DNA from: Candidatus Undivivens industriae
GTDB taxonomy: Bacteria; Omnitrophota; Gorgyraeia; Gygaellales; Profunditerraquicolaceae
DNA: 64,000 bases
Assembly (NCBI GenBank): GCA_012514745.1
Contig: JAAYZR010000009.1
Coordinates: forward strand, 10,045 to 74,044
Reading direction: 5' to 3'
The notes beneath the pieces were generated by a model. The model was not told where the DNA came from, ran no database searches, and worked only from the letters and a program-made list of their open reading frames with translations. Below, one piece after another: positions 37,084 to 47,436 of this stretch; the stretch's first letter is position 1, and each line of letters starts with the position of its first letter. Position numbers and translations under genes: made by a program.

Positions 37084-37818
37084 GTGAAGACGGTTGATCA
37101 TGACGCAAGGCGTAAAGCGGTATTGAGTTCCGCCATCAATTTTTATATCAGGGAGGCGGAACCGGTGGCTTCGGGCGACCTTTCAGCCGAATTCGATCTT
37201 AGCCCGGCCACCATCCGGAATATCTTCGCCGAGCTGGAAGAAGCGGGATACCTCACGCATCCGCATACCTCTGCCGGCCGTATGCCGACCGACAAGGGCT
37301 ATCGTTACTACGTGGATTTCCTGCTTTCTCAGCTGGAACTGATAGAGGAAGAAAAGGCGCGCATATTCGGCGCCTACGAACGCGGTTCCGAGACGCTGGA
37401 CGCCGTACTGGAGAAGACTTCCGACTTGCTGTCCGAGGTCACCCACTGCGCAGGTATCGCCGCCCTGCCGGACATGGACGAAAGATTCGTTTACCGCGGA
37501 GTGCGTTACATAATCGAACAGCCGGAGTTCCGGGATGCCTCAAGTATCCGTTTTCTGATCCGGCTGATCGAGGAGAAGCGGTTGCTGCTGGAGATCATCC
37601 GCAAACACAACAGCCGCAAAGTGGCGGTTTATATAGGAGAGGAACTCGGCTGCGAAGGCACCGAGAACTGCGCTATCCTGATATCTTCCTATAACGTTAA
37701 GGAGCAGCCGGTCGGCAGGCTGGCGGTGCTGGGACCGCGGAGAATGGAATATAGTCATGTTATCCCGGCGCTGGAGTATGTTTCCGAGGTGCTTTCGGAA
37801 GTGCTGAGTGACATATAA
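37084..37818 (+). CDS. hrcA: Heat-inducible transcription repressor HrcA (short form, GTG start).
   Basis: N-terminal winged helix AVLSSAINFYIREAEPVASGDLS... typical of HrcA. Confidence 0.8.
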   Translation: MKTVDHDARRKAVLSSAINFYIREAEPVASGDLSAEFDLSPATIRNIFAELEEAGYLTHPHTSAGRMPTDKGYRYYVDFLLSQLELIEEEKARIFGAYERGSETLDAVLEKTSDLLSEVTHCAGIAALPDMDERFVYRGVRYIIEQPEFRDASSIRFLIRLIEEKRLLLEIIRKHNSRKVAVYIGEELGCEGTENCAILISSYNVKEQPVGRLAVLGPRRMEYSHVIPALEYVSEVLSEVLSDI

Positions 37819-37878
37819 AAACAAAAGAAGTCTTGTAATTCCTTGATACTCGAAGAGAAGAAAGCGATTTAACCATCC

Positions 37879-38502
37879 ATGAACAATAAAGAGAATCACA
37901 ATAAGAAGAGCGGTGCTAAGGAATCAGAGATAAAAGAAGAAAAGCCGCAAGCCGGGGTTTCTCCAGACGGAGTATGTTCGACGGATAAAGAAGTCAGCGT
38001 TAAGGAATCGGAACTACGGAAGCTGAAAGAGGATGCCGCCAAGGCCGCCGAATACTGGGAGAGGCTGCTGCGCCAGCAGGCGGAATTCGAGAATATCCGC
38101 AAGCGTATGGAACGCGAAAGACAGGATTTTCTGAAATTCGCGAATGAGGGCTTGATCGACGAACTGCTGGACGTGCTCGACGATCTCGAGCGCACGGTGG
38201 GCCTGGCGGAAAATAATTGCCGGGACGTGTCTGTTTTTCTGAAAGGTGTTGAAATGATACTGGCGCATCTTTACGAACTGCTGAAGCGCCACGGTGTCAA
38301 GCCGCTGGAAGCGTCCGGCAAGCAGTTTGATCCTCATTACCATGAGGCATTGATGCAGTGTGATGATGCGTCAGTGCCAGAGCACACGGTGCTGGAGGAA
38401 ATGCAAAAAGGGTATCTTTTGCACGACCGGGTCTTACGCACGGCGAAGGTGAAAGTATCGAAAAAGCCTTGCGAGCCGCCGCAGACCGAAAAGCAATCTT
38501 AA
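37879..38502 (+). CDS. grpE: Nucleotide exchange factor GrpE.
   Basis: Coiled-coil N-terminus and the conserved C-terminal segment HEALMQ...VLEEMQKGYLLHDRVLRTAKV. Confidence 0.85.
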   Translation: MNNKENHNKKSGAKESEIKEEKPQAGVSPDGVCSTDKEVSVKESELRKLKEDAAKAAEYWERLLRQQAEFENIRKRMERERQDFLKFANEGLIDELLDVLDDLERTVGLAENNCRDVSVFLKGVEMILAHLYELLKRHGVKPLEASGKQFDPHYHEALMQCDDASVPEHTVLEEMQKGYLLHDRVLRTAKVKVSKKPCEPPQTEKQS

Positions 38503-38505
38503 GCC

Positions 38506-38765
38506 GGGTAAATTTAACTTCGTGAATGTTTTAAGTATTGCCCTGATCCTGCGAAACAGGATCAGGGTAACCCGACAAGCGCTCGAAAATCTCCCCTGGG
38601 GGAGAGATTTTTTCGGTCGGCCCTGCGGGTAAATTTAACTTCGTGAATGTTTTAAGTATTGCCCTGATCCTACGAAACAGGATCAGGGTAACCCGACAAG
38701 CGCTCGAAAATCTCCCCTGGGGGAGAGATTTTCTCGGTCGGCCCTGCGGGTAAATTTAACTTCGT
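38506..38765 (+). repeat. Tandem direct duplication of a 121-bp unit (2 copies plus an 18-bp third start) filling the grpE-dnaK spacer; each unit carries two hairpins, the second terminator-like.
   Basis: Units at 38506-38626 and 38627-38747, near identical. Hairpins CCCTGATCCTG-cgaaa-CAGGATCAGGG and TCTCCCC-tg-GGGGAGAG followed by a T-run. The dnaK RBS lies in the partial third copy. Confidence 0.9.
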
Positions 38766-38788
38766 TAAATTTAGTTAGGAGGTGCGAT

Positions 38789-40678
38789 ATGGCTAAAGTT
38801 ATAGGGATCGATTTAGGAACATCTAATTCTGCCGCCGCCGTTATGGAGAACGGCAGGCCGGTGATTGTCCCCTCGGCGGAAGGCGCGGGAGTCGCTTCCG
38901 GCAAGGCCTTTCCTTCCTGGGTGGCTTTTACCAAAGACGGTCAGAAGCTGGTAGGCGAGCCTGCCAGGCGCCAGGCGTCGATAAACCCGGAGGGGACGAT
39001 TTTCGCTGCCAAGCGTAAAATGGGGACCGATTTCAAATTCAAGGTAATGGATAAGGAATTCACCCCTCAGCAGGTTTCCGCTTTTATCCTGCAGAAGATA
39101 AAGCAGGACGCGGAGGCTTACCTGGGAGATAAAGTGGAGGAGGTGGTGATCACCTGCCCCGCGTATTTCAACGATAATCAGCGCACGGCTACCAAGGACG
39201 CCGGGGAGATCGCCGGCTTGAATGTGCTGCGCATTATCAATGAGCCTACCGCCGCTTGCTTGGCTTACGGCTTGGACAAGGTAGGGAAGGAATTGAAGAT
39301 CATGGTCTTCGATTTCGGCGGAGGGACGCTGGACGTTACCATTATGGAGATGTGGGCGGAAGGCGGATTCAAGGTCATGTCCACGAACGGCGACACCCAG
39401 TTGGGCGGCACGGATATGGATAACGTGTTGATAGAATACATAGCCGATCAATTCAAGAGAGAGACCGGTATAGACCTGCGCGGCGACAAGATGGCGATGC
39501 AAAGACTGCGCGAGGCGGCGGAAAAGGCCAAGGTGGAGCTTTCTTCCACCGTGCAGACGGACATCAATCTGCCGTTCATCACGGCCGACGCCTCAGGCCC
39601 CAAGCATCTGACGATGACGGTCACCCGGGCCAAGCTCGAGGACCTGATAGCGCCGATCATCGAGCGCTGCCGTAAGCCGATAGAGGAGGCTCTGAAGGAC
39701 GCGAAGCTGTCGGCCAATAATGTCGACCGCATCATCATGGTCGGCGGGCCCACCCGCATCCCGGCGGTCCAGAAATTCGTCGAGGATTTTGTGGGCAAGA
39801 AGATCGAACGCGGGGTGGACCCGATGGAATGCGTCGCGCTGGGCGCGGCCATTCAGGCCTCTATCATCAAGGGAGAGACCAAGGACGTGCTTCTTCTGGA
39901 TGTCACTCCGCTTTCTCTTGGTATCGAGACGCTGGGAGGCGTGAACACCAAGTTAATCGAGCGCAACACCACCATACCCTCTCGCAAGAGCCAGGTATTC
40001 TCTACCGCGGCGGATAACCAGACCGCGGTTACGGTGCGCGTCATACAGGGTGAGCGTCAGATAGCGGACGCCGAGGGTAACGTCGAGCTCGGCAGATTCG
40101 ACCTGATAGGGATACCTGCGGCTCCCAGAGGAGTTCCTCAGATAGAGGTCTCTTTCGACATAGACGCAAACGGTATCGTGCACGTCTCCGCCAAGGACCT
40201 CGGGACCGGGAAGGAACAGTCCATACGCATCACCGCTCCCAAGAAGCTCTCCAAGGAAGAGATAGAAAAAATGGTCAAGGAGGCGGAGAAATACGCTTCC
40301 GAGGACAGCAAGAAGAAGGAAGAGGTAGAGCTGATAAACCAGGCCGATGCCCTGGTTTATTCCACCGAGAAATCCCTTAAGGACTACGGCGACAAGATAA
40401 ACCAGCAGGAGCGGGCCGGTATAGAGACCGACCTGACCGACCTGAAACAGTCCATAAAGGACAAGAACGTCGATAAGATAAAGAAAGGGATGGAGGCGTT
40501 GACCAAGTCGGCGCATAAGCTCGCCGAGGAAGTCTATAAACAGGCGGCGGCCAAATCCCAGCAGTCCGCGGGAGAACAGGCGTCCGGCGGTGCCGGAACC
40601 GAGGGGCCCCGGGAGGAGCCGGATAAAGGTAAAGAGGAGGTCATCGACGCCGAGTATAAGGACGAGGACAAGAAATAA
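38789..40678 (+). CDS. dnaK: Molecular chaperone DnaK (Hsp70).
   Basis: [19 protein letters not shown], and the substrate-binding and lid domains. Confidence 0.95.
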   Translation: MAKVIGIDLGTSNSAAAVMENGRPVIVPSAEGAGVASGKAFPSWVAFTKDGQKLVGEPARRQASINPEGTIFAAKRKMGTDFKFKVMDKEFTPQQVSAFILQKIKQDAEAYLGDKVEEVVITCPAYFNDNQRTATKDAGEIAGLNVLRIINEPTAACLAYGLDKVGKELKIMVFDFGGGTLDVTIMEMWAEGGFKVMSTNGDTQLGGTDMDNVLIEYIADQFKRETGIDLRGDKMAMQRLREAAEKAKVELSSTVQTDINLPFITADASGPKHLTMTVTRAKLEDLIAPIIERCRKPIEEALKDAKLSANNVDRIIMVGGPTRIPAVQKFVEDFVGKKIERGVDPMECVALGAAIQASIIKGETKDVLLLDVTPLSLGIETLGGVNTKLIERNTTIPSRKSQVFSTAADNQTAVTVRVIQGERQIADAEGNVELGRFDLIGIPAAPRGVPQIEVSFDIDANGIVHVSAKDLGTGKEQSIRITAPKKLSKEEIEKMVKEAEKYASEDSKKKEEVELINQADALVYSTEKSLKDYGDKINQQERAGIETDLTDLKQSIKDKNVDKIKKGMEALTKSAHKLAEEVYKQAAAKSQQSAGEQASGGAGTEGPREEPDKGKEEVIDAEYKDEDKK

Positions 40679-40831
40679 CAGCGATATTCCTTAGTGGTTT
40701 GATCAAAGGCAGCGGCTACGATGTCCGTTCCGTCGAGCGGCAAGGGTGGCGGTCTTAAAGTTACCTTAACCGCATTCGACACGGGCTTCGTAGCCTTAGC
40801 CGTTATAAACGCTATGGCGGAAGGCGGATAG

Positions 40832-41998
40832 ATGAGCAGTAAGAAGGATTACTACGAGATACTCGGGCTTAAAAAAGGCGCAGGGGTGGATGAGATCAGG
40901 AAGTCCTACCGGGAAGCGGCCATGCGCTGTCACCCGGACCGGGTCCCCGCCGACAAGAAGAAAGAGGCGGAGGAGAATTTCAAAGAGATATCCGAGGCCT
41001 ACGCGGTGCTTTCCGACCCGCAGAAGAAACAGCTTTACGACCAGTACGGACATTCGGGTATAGACCAGAATTACGCCTACGAAGATATCTTTAAGGGCGC
41101 TGATTTCAGCAGTATCTTCCGTGATATGGGCGGCGGCGACGCAGCCTACGGGGGGAACATTTTCGACAGCATCTTCAGCGACCTCGGTTTCGATATCTTC
41201 GGCGCCGGCGAAAGCCGCAGAGGCCGCAGCCGGCGGGGCCGCGACCTGGAGATAGCCGTGGCGGTTACCCTGGAAGAGGCGTATCACGGCGTCGAGAAAC
41301 GTATAAACGTGCCGCGTTATGAATCCTGCAGGACGTGTTCCGGCAGCGGAGCCAAGCCCGGCACCAAAAAAACGGCCTGCCCGCAGTGCAAGGGCAGCGG
41401 CAGGGTAGTGACCTCCAACGGATTCTTTCAGATGGCGCAGACCTGCCATAAATGCGGAGGGCAGGGCCAGATCATTCAGACCCCTTGCCCGGATTGCGGA
41501 GGCGAGGGCAGGGTAAAGATCACCAGGCATATAACGGTCAAGATCCCGCCCGGGGTGGACAACGGTTCCACCCTGCGCATAAAAGGGGAAGGAGAGGCCG
41601 GGCAGTCCGGCAGCGGAGACCTTTATGTGGTGACAGAGATGCTTCCGCATTCTCTGTTCAGCCGTAGAGGCGCGGACATACTCAGCGAAATCGGCATCAG
41701 CCTTCCCAAAGCGGTTCTCGGAGGGGAGGCGGAGATAGATACCTTGAGCGGCAAGGTAAAGATGAAGATACCCGCCGGCACGCAGAGCGGCAGGATATTC
41801 CGTCTTAAAGGCAAGGGTATGCCCGACGTGCACGGCCGCGGGATTACCGGCGATCACCTGGTAAAGGTGGACGTTGAGATACCGCGCAGCCTGAATTCCG
41901 AACAGCGCAGAGCGATGGAAGAGTTCGCCCGCGCCTCCGGTGAATCCGGAGATTCACGGGAAAGCTTTGTGGACAAGTTCAAAAAAAGTTTCAAATAA
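40832..41998 (+). CDS. dnaJ: Chaperone DnaJ.
   Basis: J domain with HPD, G/F-rich linker, four CxxCxGxG zinc-finger repeats. Confidence 0.95.
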   Translation: MSSKKDYYEILGLKKGAGVDEIRKSYREAAMRCHPDRVPADKKKEAEENFKEISEAYAVLSDPQKKQLYDQYGHSGIDQNYAYEDIFKGADFSSIFRDMGGGDAAYGGNIFDSIFSDLGFDIFGAGESRRGRSRRGRDLEIAVAVTLEEAYHGVEKRINVPRYESCRTCSGSGAKPGTKKTACPQCKGSGRVVTSNGFFQMAQTCHKCGGQGQIIQTPCPDCGGEGRVKITRHITVKIPPGVDNGSTLRIKGEGEAGQSGSGDLYVVTEMLPHSLFSRRGADILSEIGISLPKAVLGGEAEIDTLSGKVKMKIPAGTQSGRIFRLKGKGMPDVHGRGITGDHLVKVDVEIPRSLNSEQRRAMEEFARASGESGDSRESFVDKFKKSFK

Positions 41999-42040
41999 CG
42001 GGTCCGCGGTGAAAAACCGCGGTTACCCGAGTAACGGAGG

Positions 42041-42337
42041 TTGAAAATGCCTACATACGATTATGAGTGTTCGGCCTGCGGCGCGGTCTTCGAGGCCTTC
42101 CAGAGCATGACCGCCGAACCGCTGCAGAAATGCGAAAAGTGCGGCGAGACCGGCAAGCTGCGCAGATTGATCGGGACCGGCGCCGGGATAATCTTCAAAG
42201 GGAGCGGTTTTTACGTCACCGATTACTGCCGCAAGCCCGCTGCGTGTTGTGAACAGTCCAAACCGGCAGACACCAAGGCAGGAAGCGCGTGTCCTTCCGC
42301 GGGCGATTGTTCCGGATGCAAGAAGGCCGATGAGTAA
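42041..42337 (+). CDS. FmdB-family zinc-ribbon regulatory protein.
   Basis: MPTYDYECSACG ... CEKCG N-terminal double CxxC ribbon typical of the FmdB family. Confidence 0.65.
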   Translation: MKMPTYDYECSACGAVFEAFQSMTAEPLQKCEKCGETGKLRRLIGTGAGIIFKGSGFYVTDYCRKPAACCEQSKPADTKAGSACPSAGDCSGCKKADE

Positions 42338-42683
42338 GCTCTTGCCATGGATCCCGGCGGCAGGGGTGATGGCCGTTGCTTTTATCCTCTCGAGCATTCC
42401 CGGCAGCGGCATACCTTATTTATTTTCCTTCCAAGATACGGCGGTTCATGTTATTATATATGCCGCACTCGGGTTCTTCGTTTACCCGGCGCTGCGCTCA
42501 AGCCTGCCTATGCTCACCGGCAGACAGGCGTTATTCTCGACGCTGGGATTTTGTGTATTGTACGGAATAAGCGACGAATTCCACCAGTCTTTTGTCCCCG
42601 GCCGCACCGCGTCCCTTTTTGACGTTATGATAAATTCAGCCGGAGGCTTCATAGGAGTTTTATTCCGGGGACACAATACTTAA
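42330..42683 (+). CDS. VanZ-family membrane protein (start chosen at the internal ATG; the track ORF begins at 42249).
   Basis: DEFHQSFVPGR(T) VanZ signature and 3-4 TM helices. Confidence 0.6.
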   Translation: MSKLLPWIPAAGVMAVAFILSSIPGSGIPYLFSFQDTAVHVIIYAALGFFVYPALRSSLPMLTGRQALFSTLGFCVLYGISDEFHQSFVPGRTASLFDVMINSAGGFIGVLFRGHNT

Positions 42684-42762
42684 TTCGGTCACGGCTACAG
42701 TAATCAACAAAGCTCAACCTACAGTAGAATTGCCCGGTTTAAAAGCCGGCTTTACCTTTAAT

Positions 42763-44040
42763 AAAATGACGAAAATAAGGCCTTTTCGCGCCGTGGTATA
42801 TAACCAGGAGAGAATAGCGGGTATCGACAGGGTCGTCTGTCCGCCTTACGACGTCATTTCCCCGGCGCAGCAGGAGAATTACCTGCGCCGCGATCCGTTC
42901 AATTTCATCCATATAATACTGGGTAAGGACGTTGGAGGAGAGAACAAATACCGCCGCGCGGCCGCTTATTTTAACGGATGGATTGACCAGGGGATATTGC
43001 GCCGGGACGATGAACCGGCTTTTTATTTCTACAGCCAGAAATACGAGGTGGACGGCAGTGTGATGCTGCGCACCGGTTTTATGGGGCTGCTGAAGCTTGA
43101 AGACAGGAATTGTTCCGTTTACGGACACGAACACACGCGTCTGGAGGCAAAAGAAGACAGGCTGAGGCTTATCAAAGAGGTAAAAGCGAACCTTAGCCCG
43201 ATCTTTGCGGTTTTCCCCGATAAAAAGAAGTTCATGCCGGCATTCGTGCGCAAATACGTTATTCCCCGCGATCCGGATGTCTTTTTCACGGACGACGCGG
43301 GTGTCGAACACAAGATGTGGCGGATCACCGACCCCGCGTTAGTGAAGATGGTGCAGGAGGCCTTAAGCGGAGAATGTATCTTTATTGCCGACGGACACCA
43401 CCGTTACGAAGTCTCCTGCGTTTACCGCAGGCAGATGAAGGAGAAGGCCGGCGGAAAAAAAGGTGAACAGAGCCGAGACTACACTCTGGCCTATTTTACC
43501 GGCGCCGATCCCCGCGGGTTGAGCATTCTTCCGATACACCGCCTGGTGAAAACATCCCTGCCGCAAGGCGAGAAGAAATTCCTGGAACAGCTTAAAGAAC
43601 ATTTCGAGGTCTCCGCTCCCATGGGCAAGGCCGGACTTTTCGCGGCCCTGCGTTCGGCGCCGTCTTGCACGCATGTTATAGGTATGTATATATCAGGCAA
43701 ATACCGTCTGCTGCGCCTGAAAGACAAGAAGGCGCTCGATAAACTCATGCCGGATAAACCCCGGGAGTACCGCCTGCTGGACGTTTCGATATTGAACCAG
43801 CTCGTTTTCCTCGGTATTCTCGGCCTGCGCCCGGAGTCGAAGGACGCGTTGAAATACTCCGAAGACCGCGAGGAGACGGTCAAGGCCGTGGACGCCGGAG
43901 AGGGGCGCATGGCGTTTTTCCTGCGTCCGGTAACAATGGAGCAGATAATCTCCGTGGCGTTGAAGGGAGAAAAGATGCCCGCGAAATCGACTTTTTTCTA
44001 CCCTAAACTGATCTCCGGCCTGGTCGTGCACAAACATTAA
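42763..44040 (+). CDS. DUF1015-family protein (start at MTKIRPF; the track ORF begins at 42730).
   Basis: N-terminal I(R)PFRA(V)RY and the DGHHRY segment characteristic of DUF1015. Confidence 0.6.
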   Translation, partial: KMTKIRPFRAVVYNQERIAGIDRVVCPPYDVISPAQQENYLRRDPFNFIHIILGKDVGGENKYRRAAAYFNGWIDQGILRRDDEPAFYFYSQKYEVDGSVMLRTGFMGLLKLEDRNCSVYGHEHTRLEAKEDRLRLIKEVKANLSPIFAVFPDKKKFMPAFVRKYVIPRDPDVFFTDDAGVEHKMWRITDPALVKMVQEALSGECIFIADGHHRYEVSCVYRRQMKEKAGGKKGEQSRDYTLAYFTGADPRGLSILPIHRLVKTSLPQGEKKFLEQLKEHFEVSAPMGKAGLFAALRSAPSCTHVIGMYISGKYRLLRLKDKKALDKLMPDKPREYRLLDVSILNQLVFLGILGLRPESKDALKYSEDREETVKAVDAGEGRMAFFLRPVTMEQIISVALKGEKMPAKSTFFYPKLISGLVVHKH

Positions 44041-44049
44041 GGAAGATAT

Positions 44050-44901
44050 ATGTCTCTTTTCGGCAAGCCCAAATACACGGTAGTAAAGATAAAGAAAAAG
44101 GAGATACCGGACGGTCTCTGGACCAAGTGCGAGGAGTGCTTCGAGACCCTTTACAATAAGACCCTGGAGGAGAACCTGCGGGTCTGCCCGAAATGCAATT
44201 ACCATTTCACCCTGGACGCCGTCTCCAGGGTGAATCTGTTAATTGATAAGGATACCTTTAAGGAGTTCGACGCGGATATGCTCGCCGCGGACCCGCTGGA
44301 GTTTAAAGGCCCCAAGACTTACATTGAGAAGCTCGATCAGGACAGAAAAGCCACCAATCTAAAAGACGCGGTCGTCACCGGCGAGGGGCTGATTAACGGG
44401 CACAGGGCGGTGCTGGCGGTTACGGATTCTCGTTTCATAATGGGTTCGATGGGGTCTGTGGTGGGAGAGAAGATAACCCGCGCCGTGGAGTTCGCCACGG
44501 CCGGCCGGCTTCCGGTAATCATAGTCTCGGGTTCCGGCGGCGGGGCGAGGATGTATGAGGGGGTTTTGAGCCTTATGCAGATGGCCAAGACCTCGGCGGC
44601 CCTGGCGTATCATCACCGCGGCGGCCTGCCGTATCTTTCGGTGCTGACCAATCCGACCATGGCCGGTATAATGGCTTCTTTCGCCGCTCTGGGGGACATA
44701 ACCCTTGCCGAACCGAAAGCGCTGATCGGTTTCACCGGCCCGAGAGTCATCGAGCAGACCATAAGACAGAAGCTCCCCCCGGGATTCCAGCGCTCGGAAT
44801 TCCTCCAGGAACACGGGATGATAGACATCATCGTCAACCGCAAGAACATGAAGAACACCATAAGCTTGCTGCTTGACTATCTTGCGAACAAGGGTGTATA
44901 A
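44050..44901 (+). CDS. accD: Acetyl-CoA carboxylase carboxyltransferase subunit beta.
   Basis: N-terminal C4 zinc finger CEECFETLY...CPKCNYHF and the carboxyltransferase domain. Confidence 0.85.
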   Translation: MSLFGKPKYTVVKIKKKEIPDGLWTKCEECFETLYNKTLEENLRVCPKCNYHFTLDAVSRVNLLIDKDTFKEFDADMLAADPLEFKGPKTYIEKLDQDRKATNLKDAVVTGEGLINGHRAVLAVTDSRFIMGSMGSVVGEKITRAVEFATAGRLPVIIVSGSGGGARMYEGVLSLMQMAKTSAALAYHHRGGLPYLSVLTNPTMAGIMASFAALGDITLAEPKALIGFTGPRVIEQTIRQKLPPGFQRSEFLQEHGMIDIIVNRKNMKNTISLLLDYLANKGV

Positions 44902-44963
44902 TACACAATTTAAGGCTGTTTTCGGCATAAAAAATCCATTCAGATAATGCGGGAGAGACAGAC

Positions 44964-46067
44964 ATGGCACAGGTAAGCCTGAAGAATGTATCGAAGATAT
45001 ACAGTACCGGCGCGAAAGTGGTCAATAACGTAAACCTGGGAGTGGAAAACAAGGAATTTATGGTCTTGGTCGGGCCTTCCGGCTGCGGGAAATCCACCAC
45101 CCTAAGGATGATCGCGGGGCTCGAAGAGATAAGCGACGGCGACATCTATATAGGCAATAAACGCGTCAACGATGTTCCGGCCAAGGACCGCGACATAGCT
45201 ATGGTCTTTCAGAACTACGCACTTTATCCTCATATGACGGTTTTCGAGAATATGTCGTTCGGGCTGCGCCTGCGCCATTATCCTAAAACCGAGATCGCCC
45301 AGCGGGTTAACGAAGCGGCCGACATATTAGGCATAAAGCATCTTCTGGAGCGCAGGCCGAGGGAGCTTTCCGGCGGGGAGCGCCAGCGGGTGGCGCTGGG
45401 CAGGGCGATCGTGCGCAAGCCGATGGTCTTTCTTTTTGACGAGCCCTTAAGCAATCTCGACGCCAAACTGCGCGTGCAGATGCGCACCGAGATTCACAAA
45501 CTGTATATCCGTATCCAGACCACCATTATTTATGTCACGCACGACCAGACCGAGGCCATGACTATGGGCGACCGCATTGCCGTTATGAAAGGCGGGGTGA
45601 TCCAGCAGGTGGCCGATCCGATGACCATCTACGACAAGCCCAAGAACAAGTTCGTCGCCGGGTTTATCGGGATGCCCCCGATGAATTTCATGAACGGAAA
45701 AATAGTAAAAAAGGACGGCCGTCTTTATTTCGAGGAAGGGCGGGTCAAGGTCAAGATAGTGGATGAGATGACGGCCAAGCTGGCGCCTTACGCCGGCAAA
45801 GAGATCATTTTCGGCATCAGGTCCGAGGATATCTACGACAAGCTCTTCGCTTCCGACGCAGCCCCGGAGAACATCGTCAGGGTCAACTGCGAGGTGGTCG
45901 AGCCCATGGGTTCGGAGGTCTATCTTTATCTTAATACCGGAAAGCACACTTTCATCGCCCGGGTAGGGGCGCATGACCGTCCCAAGGTCAACCAGGACAT
46001 CGAGGTCGTCTTCGATATGAGCAAGGTGCATTTCTTCGATAAAGCGAGCGAAGAGACCATCGTTTAG
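44964..46067 (+). CDS. Sugar-type ABC transporter ATP-binding protein (MalK/UgpC-like) with C-terminal TOBE-like domain; no permease gene adjacent.
   Basis: GPSGCGKST, LSGGERQRVALGRA, and the MalK-like C-terminal regulatory domain. Confidence 0.8.
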   Translation: MAQVSLKNVSKIYSTGAKVVNNVNLGVENKEFMVLVGPSGCGKSTTLRMIAGLEEISDGDIYIGNKRVNDVPAKDRDIAMVFQNYALYPHMTVFENMSFGLRLRHYPKTEIAQRVNEAADILGIKHLLERRPRELSGGERQRVALGRAIVRKPMVFLFDEPLSNLDAKLRVQMRTEIHKLYIRIQTTIIYVTHDQTEAMTMGDRIAVMKGGVIQQVADPMTIYDKPKNKFVAGFIGMPPMNFMNGKIVKKDGRLYFEEGRVKVKIVDEMTAKLAPYAGKEIIFGIRSEDIYDKLFASDAAPENIVRVNCEVVEPMGSEVYLYLNTGKHTFIARVGAHDRPKVNQDIEVVFDMSKVHFFDKASEETIV

Positions 46068-46095
46068 AAGCAAAACAGGCTGTTTTTTTCGCCTG

Positions 46096-46125
46096 TTGAC
46101 TCCCGGCGCCGCTTTGCGCTATAAT
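46096..46125 (+). promoter_or_regulatory. Near-consensus sigma70 promoter TTGACT-18-TATAAT placing the transcription start on or next to the GGDEF-gene ATG (leaderless).
   Basis: -35 at 46096-46101, -10 at 46120-46125, ATG at 46135. Confidence 0.5.
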
Positions 46126-46134
46126 ATAGGCACG

Positions 46135-47436
46135 ATGAGACCCGATAAAGTTTCCCGGGCAAAACCGCGCGGCGTTCCGCAGAGGCTGTTCCTTGCGGCC
46201 TCGGCAGGAGCCGTATTTCTTCTCCCCGCTTTTTTTCTCAAAGCGGTCCCGCCGTTCAGCCTCTTTTTATTCTATCTCGGATTCATTTCTTTTACCGTAT
46301 GGATTTTCGCGCGCTACAGTTCCGGGCTCAGAAAGATATCTTTCGACGCGGAGTGCCTGCAGGAGCGCATTAATCTCGCCGGAGATTCGGTCCGCAAGCA
46401 GAAGAGGGAAATAGAATCCGCGCGCGCCAGGTCTGTGCTCTACGGCGAGCTGAAAGAGATCGTCGAGAAGGTCAATAACGACCTCAGCCTGGATTCGGTG
46501 GCGCATAATCTTACCGGAGTGGTCTTCGACCTGATCGGCGGGAAGGCGGGCACCTGTTCCTTATATTTAGCCGATCCCTACAGCCGCAGGCTCACCCTTT
46601 TTAAAACCCGCAAAGAGGACAAAAAAAGCGTGGTCAAGGACAAGGAGGGCGACATATTCGATCTCTGGGTGATGCGGCATTCCGGCAACCTGCTGGTCGA
46701 AGACACGCGCAGCGATTTCCGTTTCGACCTGGAAAAGGCCGCGGATGCCGGCTCCAGGCCGGTGCGTTCCCTGATAAGCGCTCCTCTGGCAAGCGCTGAT
46801 TCTTTTCTGGGGTTACTGCGGCTGGACAACCAGCGTCCGGGCGCTTATACCCAGGAGGACCTGCGTTTCCTTTCCGTTATCTGCGGCATAGGCGCGGTCG
46901 CCCTGGAGAACAGCATGCTTTTCCAACGTACCAAGGAATTCGCCATACACGACGGGCTTACCGGGCTTTATACCAAAGGTTACCTGATCGAGCGTCTGCG
47001 GGAGGAGATCCGCAGGAGCGTGCGCCGCAAGAACAGTTATTTCTCCCTGTTGATGGTGGATATCGACCATTTCAAGCAGTATAACGATAATTTCGGTCAC
47101 ATCGCCGGCGACATAGTGCTCAAGAACTTGAGCCGGCTGCTGACCGATTCGCTGGGGGAGTTCAGCCCGGTGATAAGCAGGTTCGGCGGAGAAGAATTCT
47201 GCGTGATACTTCCGGACACGGACAAGAAGAAAGGGGCGCGTCTTGCCGAAGAACTGCGTTCCGTGGTCGCGGCTTCCAGGATAAGCCTGCGTCAGCAGCA
47301 GGAAAAGATGACGGTATCGATAGGAGTTTCGGCTTTTCCTACCGACGCCGGTTACGAGGATGAGCTGATCATAAAGGCTGATAAGGCGATGTATGCGGCC
47401 AAGAACGGCGGCAGGAACAGGGTGGTGATTGCGTGA
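46135..47436 (+). CDS. Membrane-anchored GAF-GGDEF diguanylate cyclase (start moved to 46135 because 46096 lies inside the promoter).
   Basis: N-terminal TM helices, GAF domain, and a GGDEF domain with RFGGEEF active site and RxxD I-site region. Confidence 0.8.
   Translation: MRPDKVSRAKPRGVPQRLFLAASAGAVFLLPAFFLKAVPPFSLFLFYLGFISFTVWIFARYSSGLRKISFDAECLQERINLAGDSVRKQKREIESARARSVLYGELKEIVEKVNNDLSLDSVAHNLTGVVFDLIGGKAGTCSLYLADPYSRRLTLFKTRKEDKKSVVKDKEGDIFDLWVMRHSGNLLVEDTRSDFRFDLEKAADAGSRPVRSLISAPLASADSFLGLLRLDNQRPGAYTQEDLRFLSVICGIGAVALENSMLFQRTKEFAIHDGLTGLYTKGYLIERLREEIRRSVRRKNSYFSLLMVDIDHFKQYNDNFGHIAGDIVLKNLSRLLTDSLGEFSPVISRFGGEEFCVILPDTDKKKGARLAEELRSVVAASRISLRQQQEKMTVSIGVSAFPTDAGYEDELIIKADKAMYAAKNGGRNRVVIA

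Noticed and set aside
40796-41857. 353-aa minus-strand ORF
   Set aside because: Antisense shadow of dnaJ.
44964-46067. Orphan MalK/UgpC-like ABC ATPase as something unusual
   Set aside because: Shared sugar-ABC ATPases serving permeases encoded elsewhere are common. Nothing in the sequence suggests a special role.
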